Origin: Chthoniobacterales bacterium
GTDB taxonomy: Bacteria; Verrucomicrobiota; Verrucomicrobiia; Chthoniobacterales; Chthoniobacteraceae
NCBI GenBank assembly: GCA_038207335.1
Contig: JBBQZX010000027.1
Location: 1 to 64,000, forward strand
DNA: 64,000 nucleotides
Direction of reading: 5' to 3'
This document shows, piece by piece, positions 51,820 through 61,871 of this stretch. The notes under the pieces are model-generated. The model made no database searches and was not told where the DNA came from. It saw nothing but the letters and a program-made list of their open reading frames with translations. Made by a program: the position numbers and the translations under genes. Every line of letters begins with the position of its first letter. Position 1 is the stretch's first letter.

Positions 51820-53424
51820 CTATTCGGATGCCAAGAGGTCCGCCGGGGAGGGCCGATTTTCGCGGAGAAGATATCGGATTTCGTGCGGCGCGAGTTCGCG
51901 GTCTGCGATGAAAAGTTCATCGATGTCGCCGCGGAAAGATCTGCCGTTGCGCCCCGCAGCGGGAGCACGTCCGATCCAAAGTTCATTACCAGCTTGTGCG
52001 CCGTCCACGATTGCCCGGTGCCGCCCGCCTCCGCGAGTCGAGCCGCCTTCGAGTCTGCCATCGACGTAGCATTTGACCTGCATCCGTCCGTCTGCGTGTG
52101 CGCTTGCAGGTAGGACGACCGCGAGGTGATGCCACTGCCCATCGCGGAGCGAAGTAGTGCCGACGCGGGAATTGCGGCCGATGCCCGTGCTGACTGCACC
52201 GAGCGCGCCGAGAGTTGGGTCGGCGTTCCAACTGATCGTGGCGAGCCGCGCGCTTTTGCCGGGGAGTTGCCAGGCCAGCATTGCGCCCGCGTCGTCGAGC
52301 GAAGCCCCAGCCGGCACGCGTGTCCAGAATGCGATGGTGCGTGCAGCGCGCTTTCCGGGGCGGGGGAGGGGAGCAGTGGCGAAAGTCGCGCCATCGAGAT
52401 GCAAAGCATTTCCGTGCAATCCGACGATGTGCGCGGCAGCAGCCGCGGGTTCGAGCCGCGCGTCGAACGAGCCGCGCATTTTGTCGCTCAAATCGGCGCG
52501 AATCGCCGGGCCCTCCGCGTCATCGAAGCTCCAGTGGACATACTCCGGGGCGCGCGCAGCACGCTCGAATGAAACCTGCCTGGCGAGCCGCGCGAACTTC
52601 TGCTCGCGATCGCGAATGTCACTCCTGCCGCCGCGAGCGAAGCGCGAGGCCTGCTTTTCTCGAAGCGTAACCGGCGCGCTCAGCCGACCATTCGCATCGC
52701 TTGCCGATGCCTCCACGGCACCCTCGAGCACGAGCACTTCGGCGGCACCGTTCCCGTCCGCGATCATGCTGAATTCCGTGCCGAGATCGACGACCTCGAC
52801 CGCGGGATTCTCGATGCGAAAACCCACAGCTTCATGCGGCACTTTCGCCGTCAGCGTCCCGCGCTCGAGCACGGCGTCCCACGCGGAATTCAGCTCCAGC
52901 GACGCCGGCCCCTCCAGTTCGACACGCGCTCCGCAGTCGAACGTGATCTCCGCGAAGCCGCTTCGCAGCTTGATTTGCTGGCCACGGCGCAATGCGTCTC
53001 CGATGGCGAGCGCGGCTCCGTCCCATTGGATATCCTTCCCGCCCGACAGCCGCGCGACCGACTCTTCCACTTCCGTTTCATTGTCCGCGAGTTCTTCGGA
53101 ATGCTGTCGCCGAGCCGAATCGCCAAACCAAATCGCGACCATGATTTCCGCCGCAGCCGCGAGCCCGGCGAGCGTCCACCACAGCGCCGCGGGCCGCTTT
53201 TTTAGCACGATGACGCGCGCATCCGGAGCCTCGGATTGCATCTCGCTTGCGTAGCTGAAAAGGCTCGCCGAAAGCGACATCGCGCGGACGTAAAAACGCC
53301 GGGCATCAGCAGAACTCGCGAGCATCTGCGCGAGACGCGCTCTCTGCGCGTCGGTGGCACGCCCATCCGCGAGAGCGCTGCACAGTTCGTTGAGTTCCAG
53401 AGTTTCGGAGTCAGTGAGATTCAC
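51820..53424 (-). CDS. FecR-like anti-sigma factor with LamG-like domain
   Basis: N-terminal helical domain + TM; VVDLGTEF, V.EG.V FecR motifs; DGQWHHLAV..YVDG LamG motif. Confidence 0.85.
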   Translation of the reverse strand: MNLTDSETLELNELCSALADGRATDAQRARLAQMLASSADARRFYVRAMSLSASLFSYASEMQSEAPDARVIVLKKRPAALWWTLAGLAAAAEIMVAIWFGDSARRQHSEELADNETEVEESVARLSGGKDIQWDGAALAIGDALRRGQQIKLRSGFAEITFDCGARVELEGPASLELNSAWDAVLERGTLTAKVPHEAVGFRIENPAVEVVDLGTEFSMIADGNGAAEVLVLEGAVEASASDANGRLSAPVTLREKQASRFARGGRSDIRDREQKFARLARQVSFERAARAPEYVHWSFDDAEGPAIRADLSDKMRGSFDARLEPAAAAAHIVGLHGNALHLDGATFATAPLPRPGKRAARTIAFWTRVPAGASLDDAGAMLAWQLPGKSARLATISWNADPTLGALGAVSTGIGRNSRVGTTSLRDGQWHHLAVVLPASAHADGRMQVKCYVDGRLEGGSTRGGGRHRAIVDGAQAGNELWIGRAPAAGRNGRSFRGDIDELFIADRELAPHEIRYLLRENRPSPADLLASE

Positions 53425-53966
53425 ACATTTCCCTCGGTGGCGAGTTGGTTGCTCACACAGTCGAGCAGCAGTTTGCGCAGCCGCGTGAGCGCTTTGTAGG
53501 CGGCCTCCAGCGTGCGCCCAGAGCGGCGCGCCGCGTCATCCACGCTGCTCCCCGGCTCGTATCTCGTGAGCACGAGTTCGCGGTCGCGCGGAGCGAGCTT
53601 TTTGAGACACTCGGCGAGTGCTTCATGGCGTGCGCCGGTTTCCTCAGCCATCTCGGAAGCGGTTTGCGCGAGCGCATCGACGACTTCCTGATCGAAGATC
53701 ACTTTTGCCCGCGCAAATTTCTGCCGCGCCGCGCGCACCTGCCAATATGCGATCTGGCAGGCCCACGCGGCGAAGTCCGTCCCGATCGTGAATGCGTCGA
53801 ATTTTTCGCACACGACGAGGCTGGTCTGTTGCAGGAGGTCTTCCGCATCGTGCCGGTCCGGCACGAGCGTATAGATGTAGGAGAAAATCCGCCGCTGGTG
53901 CTGCGTCATCAGCAGCATCAGATGCTGCGCGCGGGAAAGATCACCCGCGGCGGATTCATCCTGCAT
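53421..53966 (-). CDS. ECF sigma-70 factor (Rhodopirellula/Verrucomicrobium type)
   Basis: DAEDLLQ, F.AWA..IA, L.ECL.KL, ALTRLR..L.DC; overlaps the FecR gene start. Confidence 0.9.
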   Translation of the reverse strand: MQDESAAGDLSRAQHLMLLMTQHQRRIFSYIYTLVPDRHDAEDLLQQTSLVVCEKFDAFTIGTDFAAWACQIAYWQVRAARQKFARAKVIFDQEVVDALAQTASEMAEETGARHEALAECLKKLAPRDRELVLTRYEPGSSVDDAARRSGRTLEAAYKALTRLRKLLLDCVSNQLATEGNV

Positions 53967-53984
53967 CGGTATCGTGAACGCGGC

Positions 53985-54347
53985 TTAGGCGTTCTTCTTT
54001 TGCTTCGCGCCTTTCGCTTTGCCCTTCGCCGCGCCCTTGCCGCCTTTGGCATGGACTTTCAGCGCGTCGATTTCCGAGTCGTCGAGCTTGCCATTGCTGT
54101 TCGAGTCGAGCGATTTCATCGTGGCGGACTTGTCGGTCTCGAACGCTTTCCGCAATGCGTCTTTTTCGTCGCCGTCGATTTTTCCATCCGAGTTTTTGTC
54201 GTATTCGCGGATGATTTTGGCTTTCTCGCGACGCTCGGTTTTGTCGCCCTTGCCCGCTTTCTTCGCGCCTTTGGCAGCGAGGGCGGAGGTGGGCAGCGCG
54301 AGGCCGAGTGCGCAAAGAACGAGTGTGAGGATCGGGAGTTTTTTCAT
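53985..54347 (-). CDS. Small secreted EF-hand protein
   Basis: Signal peptide; DKNSDGKIDGDE and DSNSNGKLDDSE loops. Confidence 0.82.
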   Translation of the reverse strand: MKKLPILTLVLCALGLALPTSALAAKGAKKAGKGDKTERREKAKIIREYDKNSDGKIDGDEKDALRKAFETDKSATMKSLDSNSNGKLDDSEIDALKVHAKGGKGAAKGKAKGAKQKKNA

Positions 54348-54567
54348 GTTTTGGAGTTTTTGAGTTTGGCTTGTGTGTGTACCGCTCGTGGCGAAACCGC
54401 AGAGCGGAAGAAAGTTTCCTTTCTCGCAAACGTAACAGCGCGCCGTTCGCAGATTAGGACAACGACTTCGCATTTATTTTCATCGAGAAAGGCGAGGCGC
54501 GGGCATTGTCACACGCGATTTTCCGTGGTGAGATCAGCTCCTTTTTCCAACCCATACCCCACATAAA

Positions 54568-55719
54568 ATGAGCGACAAGAAATCACTAAACATCGGCATC
54601 GTCGGATACGGATTCATGGGCCGCACCCACGCGAACGGCTTCCGGCGCGTGAGCAATTTTTTCGACCTGCCGATCAAGCCCGTGCTGAAGGCTGCGTGCG
54701 GACGCGATGAGGCGAAGCTGAAAAGCTACGCGGAAAAATGGGGCTGGGAGACGACTGAAACCGATTGGCGCAAACTCATCGACCGCGCGGACATCGATAT
54801 CATCGACATCTGCACGCCAAATGATTCGCACGCCGAAATCGCAATCGCCGCGGCGCGCGCGGGCAAGATGGTGATGTGCGAAAAGCCGCTCTCGCTAGAC
54901 GGTCCGCAGGGCGAGGAAATGGTGCGCGAAATCGAGAAGGCGGGCGTCGCGAATATGGTCTGGTACAACTATCGACGCGTGCCGGCGGTGACGCTCGCAA
55001 AGCAGATCATCGACTCCGGGAAGCTCGGGAAAATCTTCCACTATCGAGCGAAATTTCTGCAGGACTGGACGATCAATGCCGATATCCCGCAAGGCGGCGC
55101 AGGGCTGTGGCGGCTCGACGCGGCGGCAGCCGGGAGCGGCGTGACGGGCGACCTGCTCGCGCACTGCATCGACACCGCGCTTTGGCTGAATGGCGGCATC
55201 GAGACGGTCAGCGCGATGACCGAGACTTTCGTGAAAGAGAGAAAACACACGGCGACCGGCGAGATGCAAAAAGTCGGCATCGACGACGCGTGCGCGTTCC
55301 TCGCGCGATTTGGAAATGGCTCGCTCGCGACGTTTGAATCGACGCGGTATGCGCGCGGGCACAAGGCGCTCTACACATTTGAGATCAATGGTGAGAACGC
55401 CTCGATCGCGTGGGATTTACACGACCTGCACCGGCTCCAATTTTTCGACTACAAAGATGAGGGGCAGCTCCGCGGCTGGCGATCGATCCACGTCACCGAT
55501 CCGGATCATCCGTACATGGGAAATTGGTGGGTGCCTGGTTTGCAGATCGGCTACGAGCACACGTTCGTGCATCAGGTCGCCGATTTTCTGAGCGGAGTAG
55601 CAGAAGGAAAACCGGCCGCGCCGACGTTCCGCGACGCGCTCGAAACGCAATACGTTTGCGACGCCGTCCTCGCTTCGGCGAAAAGCGGTCAGTGGACTCC
55701 CGTGGCCAAGCTCGACTGA
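54568..55719 (+). CDS. Gfo/Idh/MocA family oxidoreductase
   Basis: GYGFMG, CEKP, GDLLAH.ID. Confidence 0.9.
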   Translation: MSDKKSLNIGIVGYGFMGRTHANGFRRVSNFFDLPIKPVLKAACGRDEAKLKSYAEKWGWETTETDWRKLIDRADIDIIDICTPNDSHAEIAIAAARAGKMVMCEKPLSLDGPQGEEMVREIEKAGVANMVWYNYRRVPAVTLAKQIIDSGKLGKIFHYRAKFLQDWTINADIPQGGAGLWRLDAAAAGSGVTGDLLAHCIDTALWLNGGIETVSAMTETFVKERKHTATGEMQKVGIDDACAFLARFGNGSLATFESTRYARGHKALYTFEINGENASIAWDLHDLHRLQFFDYKDEGQLRGWRSIHVTDPDHPYMGNWWVPGLQIGYEHTFVHQVADFLSGVAEGKPAAPTFRDALETQYVCDAVLASAKSGQWTPVAKLD

Positions 55720-55834
55720 TTCGCTCGCGCTGACGGTCGATTTTGAGCGCTGTTTCGGCTGCGCTTTTTCGTCCCGCGATTCGAGAAAATCTCGACTCTC
55801 GACAGCGCCGCCCGCGTCTCCTATTTCGCGCATC

Positions 55835-57763
55835 ATGCAGCAGCCTTGGGACATCCCCGCAGCCATCTCACTTTACAACATCGACCGGTGGGGCCTCGGC
55901 TACTTCTCGATCAATGAGCTCGGAAACATCCAGGTGTTTCCAACGCAAAACGTCGCGACGCCGATCGACATCATGGATGTCGTGGCCGAGGCGCGGAGCG
56001 AATACGGGCTCGGATTTCCGATGGTTTTGCGTTTTCAGGATTTGCTGCGAAATCGTGTGGAGACGATCAACAAGGCGTTCACGTCCGCGATCGAGGAAGC
56101 CAGTTACAAGAACGTCTATCGCGGCGTTTTTCCGATCAAAGTGAACCAACTTCGCGAGGTCGTGGAGGAGATCATGGACGCGGGCACGCCGTTTCATTTC
56201 GGCATCGAGGCGGGGAGCAAGCCCGAGTTGCTCGCGGCGCTCGCGATTCACAAAGACCCGGAGTCGCTGATCATCTGCAACGGCTATAAAGACGCGCTTT
56301 TCATCCAAAATGCACTGCTCGGCGTGCGGCTCGGAAAGCGCGTGATTTTGGTCGTCGAGAAGCTCGAGGAGCTGTCGCAAATCCTGGCGGTTTCGAAGGA
56401 AGTCGGTGTCGAGCCGATCATAGGCGTGCGCGTGCGGCTCGCGTCCAAGGGCTCTGGCAAATGGGCGACGAGCGGCGGTGAAAATGCGAAGTTTGGGCTG
56501 AGCACGGCGGACCTCGTTGCGGCGAGCACGACGCTGAAAGCCGCGGGGCTCGCGCATTGCCTGAAGCTCGTGCATTTCCACGTCGGCTCGCAAGTGCCCG
56601 ACATCGGCACGATCAAGCGCGCGGTGCGCGAGGCGGCGCGATTTTACACGAAGATCGCGAAGATGGGGCACGCGCTCGAATACCTCGATTGCGGCGGCGG
56701 GCTCGGCGTCGATTACGATGGCTCGCGGACGGCGTTCGAGAGCTCGACGAATTACACGCTGCAGGAATACGCGCGCGATCTCGTCTGGAATATCATGGAC
56801 GTGTGCGACTCGGAAAAAGTCGCGCACCCGACGATCGTGACCGAGAGCGGACGCGCGATCGTGGCGCATCATTCCATCCTCATCGTCGAGGCATTTGGCT
56901 CGATCGAAAAGGACCGTCCGGCGATTGCGGTCGAGCCGAGCAAGACCGATCCAAAGTTGCTCGCGGACATTCTCGACATTCAAAAAAATCTGTCGCGGCA
57001 GAACCGGATGGAAGGCTTGCACGACGCGCAGCAGATCAAGGAGCAGGCGCAGAGCATGTTCGACCTCGGGCTGCTCGAACTCGAAAGCAAGGCGAAGATC
57101 GAGACGACTTACTGGCAGATCGCGGCTGAGATCGTGAGCTTTTGCGCGGGGATGAAATACATCCCGGAGGAAGTGAAGGATCTCGAGACAGCGCTCAGCG
57201 ACCAGTACGTTTGCAACTTTTCCGTGTTTCAGAGTCTGCTCGATCATTGGGCGCTCGGGCAGCTCTTCCCGGTCATGCCGATTCACCGGCTCACGGAGTT
57301 CCCCGAACGCAATGCGACGCTCGTCGATATCACCTGCGACTCGGATGGAAAGGTGAGCAAATTCATCGACCTGAACGACGTGCGCGAGACGTTGCCGCTG
57401 CACAAGCTGAAGCCTGGAGAACCTTACTACGTGGGCTTCTTCATCATGGGCGCGTACCAGGACATCATGGGCGATTTGCACAATTTGTTCGGCCGCGTGA
57501 ATGAGGCGCACGTTTTCCTCGACGAGGACGAAGAGAGCGGCTGGTATATCGAAGAGACGATCGAGGGGAGCACGATCGGCGAGGTTCTGACGCTGACTCA
57601 GTGGGACAAAAAAGAACTCACCCGGCAGGTGAAAGTGCAAGTCGATGCAGCGATAAAAGGAAATCGCTTGAAGCCGAACGAAGCGATGAAGCTTCTGGCA
57701 AACTACGAGCGTGGCCTGAACGGCTACACCTACCTGACCTTTAACGGCGCAGTGGCGAAGTAA
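55835..57763 (+). CDS. speA: Biosynthetic arginine decarboxylase
   Basis: FPIKVNQ, EAGSKPEL, HFHVGSQ, GGGLGVDYDG, TCDSDG, GAYQ...G.LHNLFG. Confidence 0.96.
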   Translation: MQQPWDIPAAISLYNIDRWGLGYFSINELGNIQVFPTQNVATPIDIMDVVAEARSEYGLGFPMVLRFQDLLRNRVETINKAFTSAIEEASYKNVYRGVFPIKVNQLREVVEEIMDAGTPFHFGIEAGSKPELLAALAIHKDPESLIICNGYKDALFIQNALLGVRLGKRVILVVEKLEELSQILAVSKEVGVEPIIGVRVRLASKGSGKWATSGGENAKFGLSTADLVAASTTLKAAGLAHCLKLVHFHVGSQVPDIGTIKRAVREAARFYTKIAKMGHALEYLDCGGGLGVDYDGSRTAFESSTNYTLQEYARDLVWNIMDVCDSEKVAHPTIVTESGRAIVAHHSILIVEAFGSIEKDRPAIAVEPSKTDPKLLADILDIQKNLSRQNRMEGLHDAQQIKEQAQSMFDLGLLELESKAKIETTYWQIAAEIVSFCAGMKYIPEEVKDLETALSDQYVCNFSVFQSLLDHWALGQLFPVMPIHRLTEFPERNATLVDITCDSDGKVSKFIDLNDVRETLPLHKLKPGEPYYVGFFIMGAYQDIMGDLHNLFGRVNEAHVFLDEDEESGWYIEETIEGSTIGEVLTLTQWDKKELTRQVKVQVDAAIKGNRLKPNEAMKLLANYERGLNGYTYLTFNGAVAK

Positions 57764-57791
57764 GATTTGAGGTGGCGATCTGAAAGGCCCA

Positions 57792-57814
57792 CGGCGGTTG
57801 TAAACCGCCGCTCC
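57792..57814. repeat. REP-like hairpin between convergent genes
   Basis: CGGCGGTT-gta-AACCGCCG-CTCC (reads GGAG + hairpin on the minus strand). Confidence 0.5.
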
Positions 57815-57824
57815 GAGTGGGCGC

Positions 57825-58391
57825 TTAGCCTTGAGGCGATTGGCAGAAACGCGGGTGCGGCGTTGACGGATGGCGCTCGCGGAAGGTGCGTGAGAGGAGG
57901 ACGTATTTTTCCGCCCACGCTTTGATGCCGGATTGCTCCTCGAGCGTCAGCGTTCGCACGATTTTCGCGGGCGAGCCGAGGATGAGCGAGCCGGGTGGAA
58001 ATTTCCTGCCGCCAGTGACGAGCGCGCCCGCGCCGATGATCGAGCGCGCGCCGATTTCCGCGCCATCGAGAACGATCGCGCCCATGCCCACAAGCACTTC
58101 ATCGGCGATAGTGCAGGCGTGCAGGATCGCTTTGTGGCCGACGGTGACGAGTTCGCCGACGAGCGTGGGAAAATCGTCCGCGAGGTGAACGACCGAGCCG
58201 TCTTGGATGTTCGAGCGTGGGCCAATGACGATGCGATTGATGTCGGCGCGGAGGACAGTTTGAAACCAAACGCTCGACTCTTCGCCGAGCGTGACGTCGC
58301 CGATGAGCGTCGCATTTTCCGCAATGAAAGCGGTCGCATGAACCCGTGGTTTGACCGCCAGAAATCGCTGCATTCGCTCGTCGAAAGTCAT
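57825..58391 (-). CDS. Gamma carbonic anhydrase family protein (YrdA/PaaY-like)
   Basis: Hexapeptide repeats; LRAD, NIQDG.VVH, VGH..ILH. Confidence 0.9.
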   Translation of the reverse strand: MTFDERMQRFLAVKPRVHATAFIAENATLIGDVTLGEESSVWFQTVLRADINRIVIGPRSNIQDGSVVHLADDFPTLVGELVTVGHKAILHACTIADEVLVGMGAIVLDGAEIGARSIIGAGALVTGGRKFPPGSLILGSPAKIVRTLTLEEQSGIKAWAEKYVLLSRTFRERHPSTPHPRFCQSPQG

Positions 58392-58575
58392 GATTCAAAC
58401 TGGCGGCATGGCGATCCGCGATCAACCGGGAAAGCTGTGTGGCAAAGGCTTTGGGCCGAATTAAAAGATTTGAAGAATTTGTTGACTAACATTTTCCTCA
58501 GTGCCAGAACTCCGACTGCGCTGCGGCGAAAGTCGTCGCTGACAATCAACCCCTCAAAACTAAACATCCTCCGAA

Positions 58576-58857
58576 ATGAATAAGGCAGAACTCGTCGCCG
58601 CAGTCCAAAAGACCCTCGGCAAAGACACCAGCAAAGCGCAAGCGGAACGCGCTGTGGAAGCAGTCGTAGATGGCATCAAAGGTGGCCTCAAAAAAGGCAA
58701 GGCAGTGCAACTCGTCGGCTTCGGCACTTTCAAAGTGGCGTCACGCAAAGCCCGCATGGGCATCAACCCGAAGTCGGGTGAGAAGATCAAAATCAAGGCT
58801 TCAAAGAGTGTGAAATTTTCCGCCGGCAAGGACCTCAAGTCCAAACTCGGCAAGTAG
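58576..58857 (+). CDS. hup: HU DNA-binding protein
   Basis: MNKAELV...VQLVGFGTF...R.G.NP.SGE.I.I. Confidence 0.96.
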   Translation: MNKAELVAAVQKTLGKDTSKAQAERAVEAVVDGIKGGLKKGKAVQLVGFGTFKVASRKARMGINPKSGEKIKIKASKSVKFSAGKDLKSKLGK

Positions 58858-58880
58858 AGGATTTCCCCCTCGAAACCCCT

Positions 58881-58919
58881 GAGAAACCCCGTTTCGCGGA
58901 GCGAAACGGGGTTTCTCTT
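58881..58919 (+). terminator. Rho-independent terminator after hup
   Basis: GAGAAACCCCGTTTCGC-gga-GCGAAACGGGGTTTCTC perfect 17-bp stem. Confidence 0.85.
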
Positions 58920-59036
58920 GTACCGATTCGGATACTGTTTCGCTTAGCGCCTTTGCGACTTTGCGGGCAAAAAAGCCGATCGCGAGTTTGTAGTTTTGCC
59001 CGTTTCCGAACTCTGGCGCGGTGATACGATCCGCGC

Positions 59037-60317
59037 ATGTTTCCCCGACTCTTCCCAACGCTCGCCATTTGCATGATTGCCGCAAACCTTTTGGCAGAGC
59101 CATTTCCCGAGCCTTCGCAGCTCCCCGCTCAAGCGGGTTTGCCGGAACCGCTGATGATGAGCGATGGCACCCGAGTTGAGTCGAAGGATCAATGGTTTTC
59201 AAAACGTGCTCCGGAATTGCGCGCTCTCTTCCAGCGATATGAGTACGGGGTGATGCCGGCGAAGCCGGAGGGCTTTGATGCGAAGATTGTGCGTACCGAT
59301 TCGCAGGCGCTCGATGGAAAGGCGACGCTGAAGGAAATCCTGGTTCACTGTACGAGCCCGGACGCGACTGTGCATCTACTCGTGATCGTGCCGAATGAGC
59401 GGCAAAAGCCCGCGGCTTGTTTTCTCGGGATGAATTTCAACGGCAATCACGCGCTGCTCGCCGACCCGAAAATCCACCTGCCGGAAGGCTGGGTGCGCGA
59501 CGGTGATGAGCGCGCGCACGACGACGGACGCGGAAAGGAAATCGCGAATTGGAGCATCGCGCAGACGATCGCGCGCGGATACGCATTCGCCTCGTTCTAC
59601 AGTGGCGATGTCGTGCCGGATAAGGCGGTGCTCGCGGTCGAACGTCTCAAAAACTTTGTGGTGCAGGGAAAATCCGCAGAGGACGTGAATGCACCCGCGA
59701 CGATCGCCTGCTGGGCGTGGGGCTTCTCACGGATGATCGACTATCTCGTCACGGACAGGGACATCGACCCGAAACGCATCGCGGTCGTAGGGCATTCGCG
59801 CAATGGCAAGACCGCGCTGCTCGCAGGAGCAATGGACGAGCGGGTCGCGCTCACGATTCCGAGCCAGGCGGGCTGCGGTGGCAGCGCGCCGTGCCGACTT
59901 TCGCAGAAAATGGCTGCGCTGCACACCGATGGACGCCCGATCGCGGAGACCGTGGCGGTCATCAACGAACACTTTCCACATTGGTTCTGCGGAAACTTCA
60001 CGGCATTCGGAGCAGCCGTGGAGAAGCTACCTTTCGACCAGCACGAGCTCATCGCGCTGTGCGCACCGCGACCTGTTTTGCTTTCCTGCGCGACTGCCGA
60101 TCAGTGGGCGAATCCCAGCGGCCAATTTGAGATGCTGCGAGCCGCCGACCCTGTCTATCGGCTCGTCTCCGGCGAGGGCTGCGATGCGACCGAGATGCCT
60201 GATCCCGGTAAACTTGTCGCCAGTCGGCTCGGCTATTTCATCCGCCCCGGCAAGCACTCGATGACCGCCGAGGATTGGAGCGCGTGGCTCGACTATGCCG
60301 ACAAATGGCTGAAGTGA
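59037..60317 (+). CDS. CE15-like glucuronoyl/acetylxylan esterase
   Basis: Signal peptide; AWGFSR..DYL, GHSRNGK nucleophile motif, LPFDQH.L.AL.APRP, RPGKH. Confidence 0.85.
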   Translation: MFPRLFPTLAICMIAANLLAEPFPEPSQLPAQAGLPEPLMMSDGTRVESKDQWFSKRAPELRALFQRYEYGVMPAKPEGFDAKIVRTDSQALDGKATLKEILVHCTSPDATVHLLVIVPNERQKPAACFLGMNFNGNHALLADPKIHLPEGWVRDGDERAHDDGRGKEIANWSIAQTIARGYAFASFYSGDVVPDKAVLAVERLKNFVVQGKSAEDVNAPATIACWAWGFSRMIDYLVTDRDIDPKRIAVVGHSRNGKTALLAGAMDERVALTIPSQAGCGGSAPCRLSQKMAALHTDGRPIAETVAVINEHFPHWFCGNFTAFGAAVEKLPFDQHELIALCAPRPVLLSCATADQWANPSGQFEMLRAADPVYRLVSGEGCDATEMPDPGKLVASRLGYFIRPGKHSMTAEDWSAWLDYADKWLK

Positions 60318-60454
60318 GGCTACCGACGGGCAAACTGCGCGTAACTGAGCGCGGCCGGATTTTTAGCAGGAAACAAGAAAACAGGAAAGTGGAGTGACGT
60401 GCCTCTCCCCCCATTTTCCTGCCTCATCCCCGGGAGAGATCGCCTGCCCGCGGG

Positions 60455-60844
60455 CTATTTCGGCGCTTCGTCGGACTTCCACTTCTCCCGCCCGCGCTTC
60501 ACGATTTCGTTGAATTTCGGAATCTGCGCCGGGTTCAAAATCCCGCGCACTTTCGCCTCGGCGTCATTCAATGTCTGCTCGACCTGCGGCTCGGTTTGTT
60601 GGCGCAGCGCACGCAATTTGATCCGCGTATCCAGCGCGATTTGCTGAAGCATTTCCTGCTGCGTGTGGTCGAGATCGAGTTCGTCCTTCAGCCGGTGCAC
60701 AATGACGGCGACGACTTTCTCGGGCCCGCCGATGACTAGGTCGCGCACCTTTTGCTGGATGACTCCGGAGGTCACCGCGACGCCGACAACGACGCCGAAG
60801 AAAAAAATCAGGAAGACGCCGATGCAGCCTTTGAGCCGTTTCAT
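60455..60844 (-). CDS. Small helical membrane/periplasmic protein (Spy/CpxP-like) in ECF operon
   Basis: N-terminal TM; ELDL...Q and ILNPAQ..KF motifs; ATGA coupling. Confidence 0.7.
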   Translation of the reverse strand: MKRLKGCIGVFLIFFFGVVVGVAVTSGVIQQKVRDLVIGGPEKVVAVIVHRLKDELDLDHTQQEMLQQIALDTRIKLRALRQQTEPQVEQTLNDAEAKVRGILNPAQIPKFNEIVKRGREKWKSDEAPK

Positions 60845-61149
60845 CGCTTGTCTCCCGTCATATAGGCCATGAGCGTGCGCCCGTCCGCGCCCTGCACCGC
60901 CTCGACGAGCGCGCGGCTCTCCACATCGACGCGCGCGGTCGAGCGAGTCCACAGCCCGGCCGCGATGGCGAGCGCGGCGAAGAACGGCGCGAGCCGCCAT
61001 GCCCACGCATTCACGCTGCCGCCGCGCTCCTCGCGCAGCCGCGCGAGGAGGCGCGTCTCGAAGCCGTATTCCGCGCGACTCGTGTCGATGGGCTGCTCGC
61101 GCGCGGCGCGGAAAAGTGCGTCGAGCTGTTCGTCGGGATTATTTTTCAT
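60841..61149 (-). CDS. Putative anti-sigma factor
   Basis: LD.LFRAAR...GFETRLLARLR + single TM; directly downstream of an ECF sigma. Confidence 0.7.
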   Translation of the reverse strand: MKNNPDEQLDALFRAAREQPIDTSRAEYGFETRLLARLREERGGSVNAWAWRLAPFFAALAIAAGLWTRSTARVDVESRALVEAVQGADGRTLMAYMTGDKR

Positions 61150-61759
61150 GGAAAGGTTCGAGGATCTTTTTCAGCGATTGGCGCGCGCGAAAGGCGCGGA
61201 CTTTGACGTTGCTCTCGCTCCAGCCCGTGAGCTGCGCGACCTCGCGGATCGTCCGCTCCTCGATCTCGCAAAGTGTGAGGATGAGCCGTTCGTCCGCCGC
61301 GAGTTTCTGCATCGAATGCGCGAGAAGCTCGCGCGCATTTCCCGCTGAAATCGCCGCATCGACCGAGCCGTCGCACGTTTCGTAATCGACCGAATCGAGC
61401 GGCACCTGCTCGCGGACGCGTCGCTCTTTTCGCAAAAAATCGTAGCACGCCGAGACGATGATCCGCGACAGCCAGTGCTCGAAAGGCGCGTCGCCGCGGA
61501 ATTTGCCCAGGTTGCGAAACACGCGCACGAATACGTCCTGGCAGATGTCATCGAGCTGATGATCGTCCCGCGCGAATCGCGCCGCCGAGCCGAAGACGCG
61601 GCGTCGATGCCGCCTTACGAGTTCGGCAAAAGCGTCGTCATCGCCGCCGAGCGTCGCGGCGACGAGTTCGCCGTCAGCGGAGACGTCGAGGGGCGGCATC
61701 GGCGAGGTTTTACGCTCAGCGATCAGCACTGGCAATGCGGGCATCGAAAGCGCGGGCAC
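61139..61759 (-). CDS. ECF sigma-70 factor (RpoE-like)
   Basis: D..AF.ELV.RH, QDVFVRVF..L..FRG, WL.RI, VKVRAFRAR; start codon uncertain. Confidence 0.9.
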   Translation of the reverse strand: MPALSMPALPVLIAERKTSPMPPLDVSADGELVAATLGGDDDAFAELVRRHRRRVFGSAARFARDDHQLDDICQDVFVRVFRNLGKFRGDAPFEHWLSRIIVSACYDFLRKERRVREQVPLDSVDYETCDGSVDAAISAGNARELLAHSMQKLAADERLILTLCEIEERTIREVAQLTGWSESNVKVRAFRARQSLKKILEPFHEK

Positions 61760-61871
61760 GGCTCGAAATCAGGGAATTTCTTTCACATCCCGCAGACGCG
61801 CGTGAGGCGGCGCGCGTTACAAATCCGGCGGCACAATCGGCAAGGCTCCGGCACGCGATTTAGGTGCGTCC

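Noticed and set aside
61847..61865. Sigma-54-like CGGCACG upstream of the AI-2E gene
   Set aside because: The -12 position reads AG rather than GC and it lies too close to the start codon.
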